Assembly: GCA_965230295.1 (NCBI GenBank) | Contig: OZ246001.1 | Span: 2,496,001-2,560,000, forward strand | Direction: 5' to 3' | Origin: Marinicella sp. | Lineage (GTDB): Bacteria; Pseudomonadota; Gammaproteobacteria; Xanthomonadales; Marinicellaceae | DNA length: 64,000 bases | Shown here: piece after piece, positions 1-8,850 of the stretch | How positions within the stretch are numbered: the first letter of the stretch is position 1 | How the letters are laid out: every line of letters starts with the position of its first letter | Program-made: the position numbers and the translations under genes | Notes under the pieces: model-generated | The model's database searches: none | Told to the model about the DNA's origin: nothing | Seen by the model: only the letters and a program-made list of their open reading frames with translations

Positions 1-2
1 TG

Positions 3-608
3 GCCACAGTGTTGGGAAACGTTCAGGTGTTCTTTATGACCTTATTCGGTTATTTGTTCCTGAGTGAAAGAATCAGCTGGAAGTTTTTTGTCGGATTGGT
101 GCTCACCTTTTTGGGTTTGTTTTTATTGGTGGGTTTGCAATGGGCCGAATTATCCGGTGACTACAGATTGGGGGTGTTTTATGGCTTGGCCACAGCCTTG
201 GCTTACACCGGTTTTATGCTGTCGTTGCGCCATGTTCAGGCCATGCCGAACGCTTTGTCACCGATGGCCAATTTGGGCGTGCTTTCCATACTGTGTGCAG
301 TGATCATGGCTGTTTTGGTTTTGTTGGAATCGGGTAGTTTTGCCATTCCTGATCTGACATCTGGTTTGTCTGTATTCCTGTTGGGGGTGTTTTGTCAGGT
401 GGTGGGTTGGGTCATGATCACCAAAACCATGCCGACATTACCCACATCTATCGTGGGCTTGTTGCTGTTGTTACAACCGGCCATGTCAATGGTGTGGGAT
501 GTGTTGTTCTTTAACCGTCCTACCGGACTGATGGATGGCATTGGCTTGTTTTTGGTGTTGTGTGGAATCTACCTGGCGACATGGAGGAAAAGGAGTCGAA
601 ATGAGTAA
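3..608 (+). CDS. DMT/EamA-family transporter (5' truncated by window edge)
   Basis: Frame open from position 3; multiple TM helices with EamA-type motifs (FLSERIS, LLLLQP...WDVLFF). Confidence 0.85.
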   Translation, partial: ATVLGNVQVFFMTLFGYLFLSERISWKFFVGLVLTFLGLFLLVGLQWAELSGDYRLGVFYGLATALAYTGFMLSLRHVQAMPNALSPMANLGVLSILCAVIMAVLVLLESGSFAIPDLTSGLSVFLLGVFCQVVGWVMITKTMPTLPTSIVGLLLLLQPAMSMVWDVLFFNRPTGLMDGIGLFLVLCGIYLATWRKRSRNE

Positions 609-852
609 AGGACAAATTGTATTCATCGCATTGGTGTTGTTGTTGACATTATTCAATGCCATGTTGTGGTTAAATTTCATGCAAGAAGGACCGGCACCAA
701 GGGGCGGTCGCATCATGGGATTGGTCATCATGCTCGCTGCTGGTGCCTTGCTTGCAGATAAGATCAGTAACAATCCTTATGCACCAGGTTTTATTCGGGT
801 TGGCTGTTTCTTGGGTTTGATTGGTATGGTATTTATTTTGTCGAACCCTTAA
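601..852 (+). CDS. Small membrane protein, hypothetical
   Basis: ATG at 601 after AGGAG, overlapping the upstream stop; three hydrophobic segments. Confidence 0.65.
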   Translation: MSKGQIVFIALVLLLTLFNAMLWLNFMQEGPAPRGGRIMGLVIMLAAGALLADKISNNPYAPGFIRVGCFLGLIGMVFILSNP

Positions 853-855
853 CTG

Positions 856-1341
856 ATGAAAATCACTGATTTAGATTTGCAGTTAAGTTCTGCTACTGAT
901 ACTGATCTTAGGGAAGTGTTAACGTGGTTCGATTGCGCCAAAGAATTGTTATACTGGGGTGGGCCAGATCTGACTTTCCCCCCGGAGCTTGAATCATTCA
1001 AACAGCAATCCAGATACCACAAGAGCCATTCCTTTGTGCTGCATACTTCAACAGAGGTTGTGGTGGCCTTTGGTCAATTTTATAACCGTTTGAATCATTG
1101 TCATTTAGGCAGGCTGGCAGTGGCCCCAACACATCGTGGACAAGGCATCGGCGCCGTGTTGATCGAGCGGTTAAATCAACGAGGCAAAAAGGATTTGGGC
1201 TTGCAGTCAGGCTCATTGTTTGTCCTGAATGACAATGCCCCAGCCATGCACTTGTACCAGAAATTGGGGTATCAACAAGCTCAATACCCGAAGACCATTC
1301 CATTGGAAAAATGTTTGTACATGATCAAAAAGATCCTGTGA
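856..1341 (+). CDS. GNAT-family N-acetyltransferase
   Basis: Motif A (VAPTHRGQGIG) and motif B (NAPAMHLYQKLGY). Confidence 0.9.
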   Translation: MKITDLDLQLSSATDTDLREVLTWFDCAKELLYWGGPDLTFPPELESFKQQSRYHKSHSFVLHTSTEVVVAFGQFYNRLNHCHLGRLAVAPTHRGQGIGAVLIERLNQRGKKDLGLQSGSLFVLNDNAPAMHLYQKLGYQQAQYPKTIPLEKCLYMIKKIL

Positions 1342-1416
1342 TCCCACATTAACTGTGGCTGTTGGTCGTCACATTGATTAAACTGTTTGTTATTAGAGAC
1401 CACTACTTATCCACTC

Positions 1417-2331
1417 ATGTCTGCAGAACCGAACCAAACATCCGTCAATGCCGCGTTGTTCAAGGCCATCGCTTTGATGCTGTTGGCAGCCCTGGGTTTC
1501 AGTTTCATGAATGTTTTGATTCGCTGGACATCCAGTGAATTGCACGCCTTCCAAATTGCTTTTTTCCGCAACTTGTTTGGTTTGGTTTTTATGTTGCCTT
1601 GGTTGATCAGCAACGGTTACCGTTCTTTCAAAACCCAACGGTTGAAGTTGTTTTTCATCCGCGCATTGCTGGGCATCAGTGCCATGTATTGTTATTTTTG
1701 GGGCATCACTGTTTTACCCTTGGCCAAAGCCGTGGCTTTGAGTTTTACCGTGCCATTATTTGTGACCATTGGTGCTGCTGTTGTGTTGCGTGAGCAGGTG
1801 CATGTACGCCGGTGGATTGCTGTATTGATCGGGTTCATTGGCACCTTGATTATCCTTCGTCCCAGTATCGATGGAGACATGTTTGCTTCCTTGGTGGTGG
1901 TGGCATCGTCCATACTGATGGCGGCATCGGTGCTGATCATCAAGAGTTTGTCCAGAACCGAAGATGCCAATGTCATTGTTATGTACATGGTTTTATTGAT
2001 GACGCCGTTGTCGTTGCCGGTGGCAGTCTATGTCTGGCAATGGCCTTCCTGGGAAATTTGGTTGGGGGTCATTGTGATGGGTTTCCTCGGCAGTTTTGCT
2101 CACCTGATGTTCACTTCATCACTGAAAATGTCAGATGTGTCCATCATCATGCCGTTTGATTTTGCACGCTTGCCTTTCATCATAGTCATGGCTTGGGTGT
2201 TTTTTGATCAGTCTGTGGATCAGTGGACGGTCATTGGTGCGGCCATAGTTTTTGCTTCAGGCATTTATATTGCCCATCGGGAGGCCCAACTTAATAAAAG
2301 GCGTGCCATGCAGCCTAAAGTCACATCATGA
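1417..2331 (+). CDS. DMT/EamA-family transporter
   Basis: About 10 TM helices in two EamA repeats (FQIAFFR, LREQV..RRW); start at 1417 inferred, ORF open from 1387. Confidence 0.9.
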   Translation: MSAEPNQTSVNAALFKAIALMLLAALGFSFMNVLIRWTSSELHAFQIAFFRNLFGLVFMLPWLISNGYRSFKTQRLKLFFIRALLGISAMYCYFWGITVLPLAKAVALSFTVPLFVTIGAAVVLREQVHVRRWIAVLIGFIGTLIILRPSIDGDMFASLVVVASSILMAASVLIIKSLSRTEDANVIVMYMVLLMTPLSLPVAVYVWQWPSWEIWLGVIVMGFLGSFAHLMFTSSLKMSDVSIIMPFDFARLPFIIVMAWVFFDQSVDQWTVIGAAIVFASGIYIAHREAQLNKRRAMQPKVTS

Positions 2332-2573
2332 AATTCGACCAAAAACAACAGCAGGAATTTCTCAAAGCTTTGTGTCAGACCATGCCGTTTGGTAAATACC
2401 AGGGTAGGCAATTGATGGACTTGCCAGGTCATTATTTGGCTTGGTTCCATCGACAAGGGTTCCCAAATAATCAGCTGGGCCGGCAATTGGCCTTGGTTTT
2501 TGAATTAGATCACAATGGCTTGTTGGGCCAATTGCGTCAACAGCTGAAAAAATCTGCGCAGCATCCGGAATGA
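2328..2573 (+). CDS. DUF3820-family small protein
   Basis: MPFGKYQGR.LMDLP..YLAWF...GFP signature. Confidence 0.85.
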   Translation: MKFDQKQQQEFLKALCQTMPFGKYQGRQLMDLPGHYLAWFHRQGFPNNQLGRQLALVFELDHNGLLGQLRQQLKKSAQHPE

Positions 2574-2580
2574 TTGTCAG

Positions 2581-3165
2581 ATGAAGGCTTTGTTACACAA
2601 GATCGGACAATGTGATACCTGTAAACCACATTTGGTCGACGGGGTCAGGCCAGTGGTTCGTGCCAGTGCCAACAGTCAAATCCTGGTCATTGGTCAGGCT
2701 CCAGGTCGAAAAGTACATGATACGGGTGTCCCTTGGAATGACCCAAGTGGTGTACAATTGCGCCAGTGGTTGGGTGTCAGCGATGAGCAGTTTTATGACA
2801 CCAATTTGTTTGCTTTGATGCCGATGGGTTTTTGTTACCCAGGAAAAGGCAAAAGTGGCGATTTACCGCCGCGTCCAGAGTGTGCCCCTCAATGGCATCA
2901 TCAATTGTTAGAGGAAATGCCTCATATTGAATTGACCCTGTTGATTGGTTTGTATGCACAACAGCATTATTTGCCGACCAGCTACCCAACTTTGACTGAA
3001 ACAGTCAGGCAGCATGAGCTTTTTTTACCAACACAACTGCCGTTGCCACACCCTTCACCCAGGAACAGAATCTGGCAAAAGAAAAACCCATGGTTTGTGA
3101 CTGAAGTGGTGCCAAAGTTGCGGGACCGAGTGGCGGTTATTCTGTCGAGTGAGCGCGAGATTTAA
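2581..3165 (+). CDS. Uracil-DNA glycosylase superfamily protein
   Basis: GQAPG, WNDPSG, FCYPG and HPSPRN motifs. Confidence 0.9.
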   Translation: MKALLHKIGQCDTCKPHLVDGVRPVVRASANSQILVIGQAPGRKVHDTGVPWNDPSGVQLRQWLGVSDEQFYDTNLFALMPMGFCYPGKGKSGDLPPRPECAPQWHHQLLEEMPHIELTLLIGLYAQQHYLPTSYPTLTETVRQHELFLPTQLPLPHPSPRNRIWQKKNPWFVTEVVPKLRDRVAVILSSEREI

Positions 3166-3418
3166 CCAGTTTAAGGTGTTTGATCATCAGTTTGTATAAA
3201 ACACCAATCCCCAAAGCAATGATCAAATAACAAGCGATGAAAGCCATGACATAAATCCAGGTTCCAGAGTGGTTTAACTGGGTCAAAATATTGGTGGTCA
3301 TGATCAGGCCATAAACCAATACCATGGCCATCAACAACACAGTAAGCAAACAAAACAGTAGGTGCAACAATCGATGGTGTATTGGTAATTGATTGGTTTG
3401 AACGTGGTTTTTGTTCAT
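3137..3418 (-). CDS. Small two-TM hypothetical protein
   Basis: ORF with two hydrophobic helices, directly downstream of 3426-3611. Confidence 0.55.
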   Translation of the reverse strand: MNKNHVQTNQLPIHHRLLHLLFCLLTVLLMAMVLVYGLIMTTNILTQLNHSGTWIYVMAFIACYLIIALGIGVLYKLMIKHLKLVKSRAHSTE

Positions 3419-3425
3419 ATGAAAA

Positions 3426-3611
3426 CTACTTCGCTTTGTATTTCAGGTGGGTGGTGTTCTGTGCTTTCAACTCACTCCTGTGAGCACGGCGTCGCAATAA
3501 GCGGCCAATTCTGAAGCCGGCCGGATTGGCTTTGAAAGCACGCCAATCGACCATTTCTTTGGCAGTGGTCCGGTCCTTAACCATAAATAACGATTTAATA
3601 AATAACCACAT
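3426..3611 (-). CDS. Small basic hypothetical protein
   Basis: 61-aa ORF with GAGGAG 10 nt upstream of ATG. Confidence 0.55.
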   Translation of the reverse strand: MWLFIKSLFMVKDRTTAKEMVDWRAFKANPAGFRIGRLLRRRAHRSELKAQNTTHLKYKAK

Positions 3612-3619
3612 CTACTTAA

Positions 3620-4010
3620 TTCTCCTCATTCTCGAATGATACCTTCAACGAGCTTTTCATTAAGGCTTCTTGACTGCGTCAAACCGCCATATTGAAAAAC
3701 TCTTCTGAAACGGCTTTGTGTTTATATTGATTTCGTGCTTCAGCTTTTATCTCCTCACTTTCTTTTGAAATTTTCATCAAGGTTTCTTGACTTCGTCAAA
3801 CCGCCTTACTGAAATAGCCTTCTGTTACAGCTTGGTACTTAAAAGCATTTCGCACTAAGCTTTGTTTTCCTCGTCTTCTGATTTTTTTGACTATCGAAAT
3901 ACACTTTCAACGGGCCTTTAACCGAGGCTTCTTGACTCTGTCAAACCGCCTCAGTTAAAGCCTCTTCTGAAACGGCTTGGTGTTTAAATAGATCTCGTTT
4001 TCTCAGTTTG
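3620..4010 (-). repeat. Three tandem copies of a structured ~120-145-nt unit (candidate ncRNA or cis-regulatory element)
   Basis: Core GG(C/T)TTCTTGAC-nnn-GTCAAACCGCC at 3664, 3781 and 3926 with compensatory changes in the flanking stem. Confidence 0.8.
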
Positions 4011-4052
4011 TTGACCTATTAATTAAAATAGCATTTTGCTTGGATAAATGGC

Positions 4053-4623
4053 AGTGCCAGAAGTTGTGTTTGCACGATCAGTTGGTGCATTGGGCTAATG
4101 ATCTGAGGTACCAGGGTTTTGATGACATTTCGATCTTGGCTGCAGCTAGTTTGGCATCAATGAACGGGCTTAATGCTTCCATATCGTGGACAACTTTGGT
4201 ACAAATGACAGAGGTTGCTAACATGGTGAGGGTGAAAAACACTGCGAATTTACGCTTTGGTGCCTTGTGCAAGGTCAATTTGAATAAGTCAATCAAAGCC
4301 CACAACAGGCACAGCAGAAATATCACAAACAAGGCTTGAAACATGGATAAACCCCATGAGTTCTCAGTTAGCCAGTAATTGGCATGGCCTATACATTTGT
4401 CGCCAGCCAATAAACCAAAATGATGAATCCAGTTGAAAGACAAAATTGTAGTCAACAGCACCACAAACAATGTCCAGTTAACAGGCGTTGGTTTAAGTTC
4501 TTCCTTGCGTCTTCTCATGATGGAAATTCTCAATGCATTTACTCCCTGTAAATTCAGCAAAACTAATTCACCCTTAAGTATATCAAATCAGGATTTTTTA
4601 TTGAGTGCCAGAAGTTGTGTTTG
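4053..4623. repeat. Perfect 20-bp direct repeats AGTGCCAGAAGTTGTGTTTG flanking one gene
   Basis: Identical copies at 4053-4072 and 4604-4623. Confidence 0.85.
4078..4560 (-). CDS. Hypothetical membrane protein (start uncertain, possibly 4518)
   Basis: Three hydrophobic segments; lies exactly between the 20-bp direct repeats. Confidence 0.6.
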   Translation of the reverse strand: MLNLQGVNALRISIMRRRKEELKPTPVNWTLFVVLLTTILSFNWIHHFGLLAGDKCIGHANYWLTENSWGLSMFQALFVIFLLCLLWALIDLFKLTLHKAPKRKFAVFFTLTMLATSVICTKVVHDMEALSPFIDAKLAAAKIEMSSKPWYLRSLAQCTN

Positions 4624-4779
4624 AAGCTTGTTATTCCTGTGTTATCGCCATTCCCTCGAAGGCGGGAACCTATTCCAAACTGTTGACACCCCCTCCATAA
4701 ACAGTCACACGACTGAATTTTTATGTAATGAAAAAACAACTTTCAAGTTCTAATTTGAATAGATAACTGGGAGCCAACC

Positions 4780-5550
4780 ATGAAAAAATTACCGTTGATC
4801 TGTTTATTTGTTACTGGCTGGGTACAGGCCGAGACCTTTGATGTATTCATCAATAACTTTACCTTTAGTCCCAATAATTTAGAAATTGAAGTGGGCGACA
4901 CGGTTCGTTGGACCAACAACCAGGGTTTTCATGACGTGGTTGATGATGCCGGCCAGTTCAGATCAGGGCCAGCATCAGCGACCGCTTTTGTGTTCGAAAG
5001 AACCTTCAACAGCGTCGAAGAAATTCGTTACCATTGTTCGGTTCATTCAGGTCCAGGTAGAGACATCAACAGTAACATGAATGGTCGTATTAATGTGGTT
5101 GAAGCCCAGGTGGTCGAGCCAACTTTCAATATCAATCAAGGCATTTCGGGCAGTTGGTTTTTTCCTGACACCAACGGTTCGGGATTTCTGATCGATGTCA
5201 GACCGGCTGATCAATTCATGTTTGCGGCTTGGTTCACCCATGACTTCACAGATGATGGCAGGCCCGATGAAGACAATGGTACCCGATGGTTCACCATGTC
5301 TGGAACATATGCCAACGACACAGCCAATTTAACCTTGATAGAAACCGCAGGTGGGTTGTTTGACAGCGGCCAGGTTGTGACCAATTCAGCGGCTGGCACA
5401 CTGACTTTCCAATTCACCGATTGCAGCAATGGCACAGTCAGTTATGAATTCACCGATGGTTCAGAACTGGCCGGCAACTTCCCCATACAAAGGGCTGTAC
5501 CAGGAACCGAAAGCTTGTGCGAGTCTCTGGTCGTCAGTGCTCAAGAATAA
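4780..5550 (+). CDS. Secreted cupredoxin (plastocyanin/azurin-like) with an additional C-terminal beta-rich domain
   Basis: Signal peptide (VQA/E); VGDTVRWTN, HDV and YHCSVH...M type-1 Cu ligands; C-terminal GISGSWF...FAAWFT domain. Confidence 0.8.
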   Translation: MKKLPLICLFVTGWVQAETFDVFINNFTFSPNNLEIEVGDTVRWTNNQGFHDVVDDAGQFRSGPASATAFVFERTFNSVEEIRYHCSVHSGPGRDINSNMNGRINVVEAQVVEPTFNINQGISGSWFFPDTNGSGFLIDVRPADQFMFAAWFTHDFTDDGRPDEDNGTRWFTMSGTYANDTANLTLIETAGGLFDSGQVVTNSAAGTLTFQFTDCSNGTVSYEFTDGSELAGNFPIQRAVPGTESLCESLVVSAQE

Positions 5551-5652
5551 TGTGAACTGATATGGGGGCTGCTCAGCAGCTTTCCAATGATAAGTCATTT
5601 CATTGACGGTTCAATTTCGGTTTTGAGTTCATTGATCATTGTCTTTAAATTA

Positions 5653-5713
5653 TATTTAACCAAATGGTTGAATAGTCTGTGTTTCTAAGTATAATTCAAC
5701 CAATCGGTTAAAT
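5653..5713 (+). promoter_or_regulatory. Two inverted-repeat operators overlapping a sigma70 promoter of the ArsR operon
   Basis: TATTTAACCA-AA-TGGTTGAATA (5653-5674) and ATTCAACC-AATC-GGTTAAAT (5694-5713); TTGAAT-16-TATAAT. Confidence 0.75.
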
Positions 5714-5729
5714 ATTATTCAAATAATTC

Positions 5730-6065
5730 ATGGCAAAGAAAACTCATTTGGATCATGTGTTTATGGCATTGGCCGACAAAACAAGACGTGATTTGGTTCA
5801 CTCACTGGCGGATTCCGAGATGACCATAAGTCAACTGGCAGAGGGGTTTGATATGTCATTGGCAGCAGTATCGAAGCACATCAAAGTGTTGGAAAAAGCC
5901 AAGCTTGTGAATCGCCGAATTGAAGGGCGTATTCATTACATCAAATTGGTTCCTGAGCAATTAACAGGGGCATTAGATTGGATCACCATTTACCAGAATT
6001 TTTGGGGAAATAGGTTAGATCAATTATCAAAAGTCATAGATCAAGAAGAGGATAAAAATGATTAA
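5730..6065 (+). CDS. ArsR/SmtB-family transcriptional regulator
   Basis: FMALADKTRR and MSLAAVSKHIKVLEKA wHTH motifs. Confidence 0.92.
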   Translation: MAKKTHLDHVFMALADKTRRDLVHSLADSEMTISQLAEGFDMSLAAVSKHIKVLEKAKLVNRRIEGRIHYIKLVPEQLTGALDWITIYQNFWGNRLDQLSKVIDQEEDKND

Positions 6066-6477
6066 GTTAAACATCAAAGAAGAATTCAACACCTCTGTAG
6101 AAAAGTTATATACAGCCTGGAGTAACGAGGAATTAGTGAAGCGGTGGTTTGGCCCGGCGGATGACATGATTGTTCCAGAAGCCAAGTTGGATGTGGTTGA
6201 AGGCGGCCACTATCGGATTGTCATAGAGAACAGTGCAGGGGAACAGTTTATAGTCGGAGGCACCTATAAGGAAGTGATCCCAAATAAACGTTTGGTTTTT
6301 AGTTGGCAATGGGAAAACAGTCCAGTCATAACAACAGTGGAATTGAATTTTACCGCTTTGTCAGACCAGCGATCTGCACTTGAATTGATCCACACTGAAT
6401 TTGAGGATCAAGAAAGCTGTGATCATCATATGCAGGGATGGGGTGGTTGTATCGCTAAGTTGCCAAAGGTATTTTGA
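6058..6477 (+). CDS. SRPBCC/AHSA1-domain protein
   Basis: Typical ArsR-SRPBCC pair; AWS...WFGP, RLVFSWQW and H..GW motifs. Confidence 0.9.
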   Translation: MIKLNIKEEFNTSVEKLYTAWSNEELVKRWFGPADDMIVPEAKLDVVEGGHYRIVIENSAGEQFIVGGTYKEVIPNKRLVFSWQWENSPVITTVELNFTALSDQRSALELIHTEFEDQESCDHHMQGWGGCIAKLPKVF

Positions 6478-6505
6478 GAGAACAATTCAACAAGAGGAAT
6501 CAACA

Positions 6506-6889
6506 ATGAAATATTCAATAATTTTAATTTTAGTGGCTTTGCTTCAATACATTTATTTCACTTTTAGAGTCGGGTTAAGCCGCGGTAAATATGAAATTCA
6601 CGCACCAAAAACTGTGGGTCATGAAATCTGGGAAAGGATGTACCGGGTCCAACAAAACACACTTGAACAGTTAATCATTTACATCCCCGGAATGGTTTTG
6701 TTTTCAATGTATGTCAGCGAAAAATGGGTGGTTATTCCCGGGGTGCTTTATATCATAGGTCGTGTTGTCTATTCATACCTATACATCGCAAACCCAGAGA
6801 AACGAGCGCCTGGAGTTTTTCTGAGTTTTTTCAGCAACATCGCCCTGGTGGTAGGTGCTTTAATTGGTGTGATCCTTTCTTTACAGTAA
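6506..6889 (+). CDS. MAPEG-family membrane protein
   Basis: ER.YRVQQNTLEQ motif, GR..Y...Y; GAGGA RBS before ATG 6506. Confidence 0.9.
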   Translation: MKYSIILILVALLQYIYFTFRVGLSRGKYEIHAPKTVGHEIWERMYRVQQNTLEQLIIYIPGMVLFSMYVSEKWVVIPGVLYIIGRVVYSYLYIANPEKRAPGVFLSFFSNIALVVGALIGVILSLQ

Positions 6890-7106
6890 AAGCCATTCAA
6901 TTGCTTTCGTACCGCAAGTAGGTTGGGCTGAGCTTTGCGATGTCCAACATGTAGGTGTTTAGATGAATTGTTACCAGCAGATAGGCAAAGTGATCGGGCT
7001 TTTTATGGGTTTGAAAAACTTAGGTTTGTAACGAGATAAATCTATTGACCGACAATATTTGATTCAGTCAACGATCCTTTGTGATTTACATTAAGTGGGT
7101 TAGGCT

Positions 7107-7418
7107 TCAGTCGTGATTGCCTCGTATATGACTTACAAATCTGTATATTGCGATTGCGCCGCCATCAATTATTGCCCCGGCGAAGAACCCAAAAATCAAG
7201 CTTGGTAAAAATACATCGCCACTGCTTTCAAACCAGAGTAAGCCATTGTTAAATTTGAATAACAGTTGAGCAACTACAACAGAAATCATCATGCTCACAA
7301 TAATGGCTATGAATTGGAACAGGTTATCTTTCTTTCGAACATTAACCCCAGTGATGTTATCTGAAACCATATTGTAAATATGTTTTCCAGTCATTTGCTG
7401 GTCCTTATTCTGACTCAT
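7107..7418 (-). CDS. Hypothetical two-TM membrane protein
   Basis: Start inferred at MSQNKD (7418), overlapping the upstream stop; hydrophobic helices. Confidence 0.65.
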   Translation of the reverse strand: MSQNKDQQMTGKHIYNMVSDNITGVNVRKKDNLFQFIAIIVSMMISVVVAQLLFKFNNGLLWFESSGDVFLPSLIFGFFAGAIIDGGAIAIYRFVSHIRGNHD

Positions 7419-7674
7419 GGGTTTTCTTATTAGTTGAACCAAACATACTTTTATCCTTAAACCAGTAAGGTGCTTTTCCTTTGAAAGCAGTGTAACAAAA
7501 TAGGTAACTTGCACATCCAACGAAGGGTGTAACAAAAAGTAAATATGCATTACCTTCGGCCAGTATTGTATAGAGTTGTGACTTAAATGCCATAAAGAAA
7601 ATCAAACCAGATAGGCCAAAAAAAATGCGGTCAAACACCGAGTACTGTTTGTTGATATATCCTTTGTCGTTCAT
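7405..7674 (-). CDS. Hypothetical two-TM membrane protein
   Basis: Start inferred at MNDKGY (7674); two hydrophobic segments. Confidence 0.55.
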   Translation of the reverse strand: MNDKGYINKQYSVFDRIFFGLSGLIFFMAFKSQLYTILAEGNAYLLFVTPFVGCASYLFCYTAFKGKAPYWFKDKSMFGSTNKKTHESE

Positions 7675-7867
7675 CTCAACCCTATGTAATACGATATCAA
7701 TAAACATATCACAACGATGGTTGGTTCGTAAGTGATAGAAGTAATACTGCGATGGCAAAAATTAAATACCACGTCTCATAATCAATTTTCCTTCAGCAAG
7801 TAGGTTGGGCTGAGCATTGCGATGCCCAACATGACGATGTTTGGCTTTTCTGGTGAGATTTTTCTAT

Positions 7868-7965
7868 AGATGGTGCCCGGGGACGGATAGTAACAGATTT
7901 GTAACTTATTGATATATATTAATAATAATTACATAGATGAAATGTTACCAACATAATTACCAACA
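7868..7965. other. Distal att site: core plus integrase arm-type repeats
   Basis: Core 7868-7887; TTACCAACA at 7945-7953 and 7957-7965, matching repeats at 16385-16422. Confidence 0.85.
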
Positions 7966-8101
7966 TTAACACAAAGTGACCGGTCTTTCTATGTGTTCGA
8001 GAATTTCAGTTTTTTTGATGCATTAAAACGAATGATTGTCTTTTATTGTTCGTGAAAACAATTGTAATAATGAGAAGGAATTTGTATGAAACTTGATTAA
8101 T

Positions 8102-8836
8102 TCATTCTGAAGTTGTGTCTTGTTGATTCTTCTTATTAGTTTTAATTTTCTTTTTCAGGTCCTTAAAGAGTGTATTATGAAATTTCAATATATCATGGCC
8201 TGATTTAATATGTTTTCTAATATTCTTCAATTCTCCTTTAATTTGTTTGTTGTTATAGTCAATTGAATTAGATTCCATTATTTTTTTAATTCTATCGATA
8301 GATAATTCTAGTTGTTTTTTTGAGTTAGCATGAGCAAACTCTCTTGCTCCAACAAGCTCAAAGTAAAGCTCAGAAGTTTTATCATCACTTTTACAATTTA
8401 ATGCTAGCACCACTGAAGAATATCCCCTTGCATAATGTTTAGATCTTTTTACTTCTTGTATGTACTCTTTTTTTACATCTATTAGTTTGTCATCTACTAT
8501 TTTTTTTAATTCTACTTGCAACTTCTTGATCTCATGATTGTTTAGTTTCCATTGAATAATTTGAATTACAATTGGCATCACAACTCCCATCAATGCAAAC
8601 ATTGTTACAGTCATTGTAAATAAACTGCTAAATGATTCTGAATAAAAAGTGTGTACTGTGTTTAATATTTCTAGAGAGCTTACATCTTGGTTGGGTTTTC
8701 CAATCACTTCATTAAACATTTGCTTTTCCATTTTCAATAAATTAACTTGTAGATAAGGATATAACATCATTGTTGCAATAGGTATAAAAAATGATATCAA
8801 ATTGAAACTGGCTTGCCAGATGGGGAGTAATATCAA
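8102..8836 (-). CDS. Island cargo: membrane-anchored, Lys-rich helical hypothetical protein (true start probably near 8731)
   Basis: One TM helix followed by a coiled-coil-like region; AT-rich codons. Confidence 0.7.
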   Translation of the reverse strand: MILLPIWQASFNLISFFIPIATMMLYPYLQVNLLKMEKQMFNEVIGKPNQDVSSLEILNTVHTFYSESFSSLFTMTVTMFALMGVVMPIVIQIIQWKLNNHEIKKLQVELKKIVDDKLIDVKKEYIQEVKRSKHYARGYSSVVLALNCKSDDKTSELYFELVGAREFAHANSKKQLELSIDRIKKIMESNSIDYNNKQIKGELKNIRKHIKSGHDILKFHNTLFKDLKKKIKTNKKNQQDTTSE

Positions 8837-8850
8837 CCACTAACAATAAT

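Larger units (their letters stand above)
6914..7833. repeat. Two 38-bp GTAG-type REP-like palindromes in direct orientation
   Basis: GCAAGTAGGTTGGGCTGAGC(T/A)TTGCGATG(T/C)CCAACATG at 6914-6951 and 7796-7833, 2 mismatches. Confidence 0.85.

Noticed and set aside
3620-4010. Known tandem riboswitch (glycine, glutamine, c-di-GMP, TPP) or CRISPR
   Set aside because: Signature nucleotides of those aptamers are absent; units are long and have no unique spacers of regular length.
3137-7860. Integron cassette array
   Set aside because: No RYYYAAC...GTTRRRY attC structures and no IntI-type integrase; the nearby integrase is P4-type.
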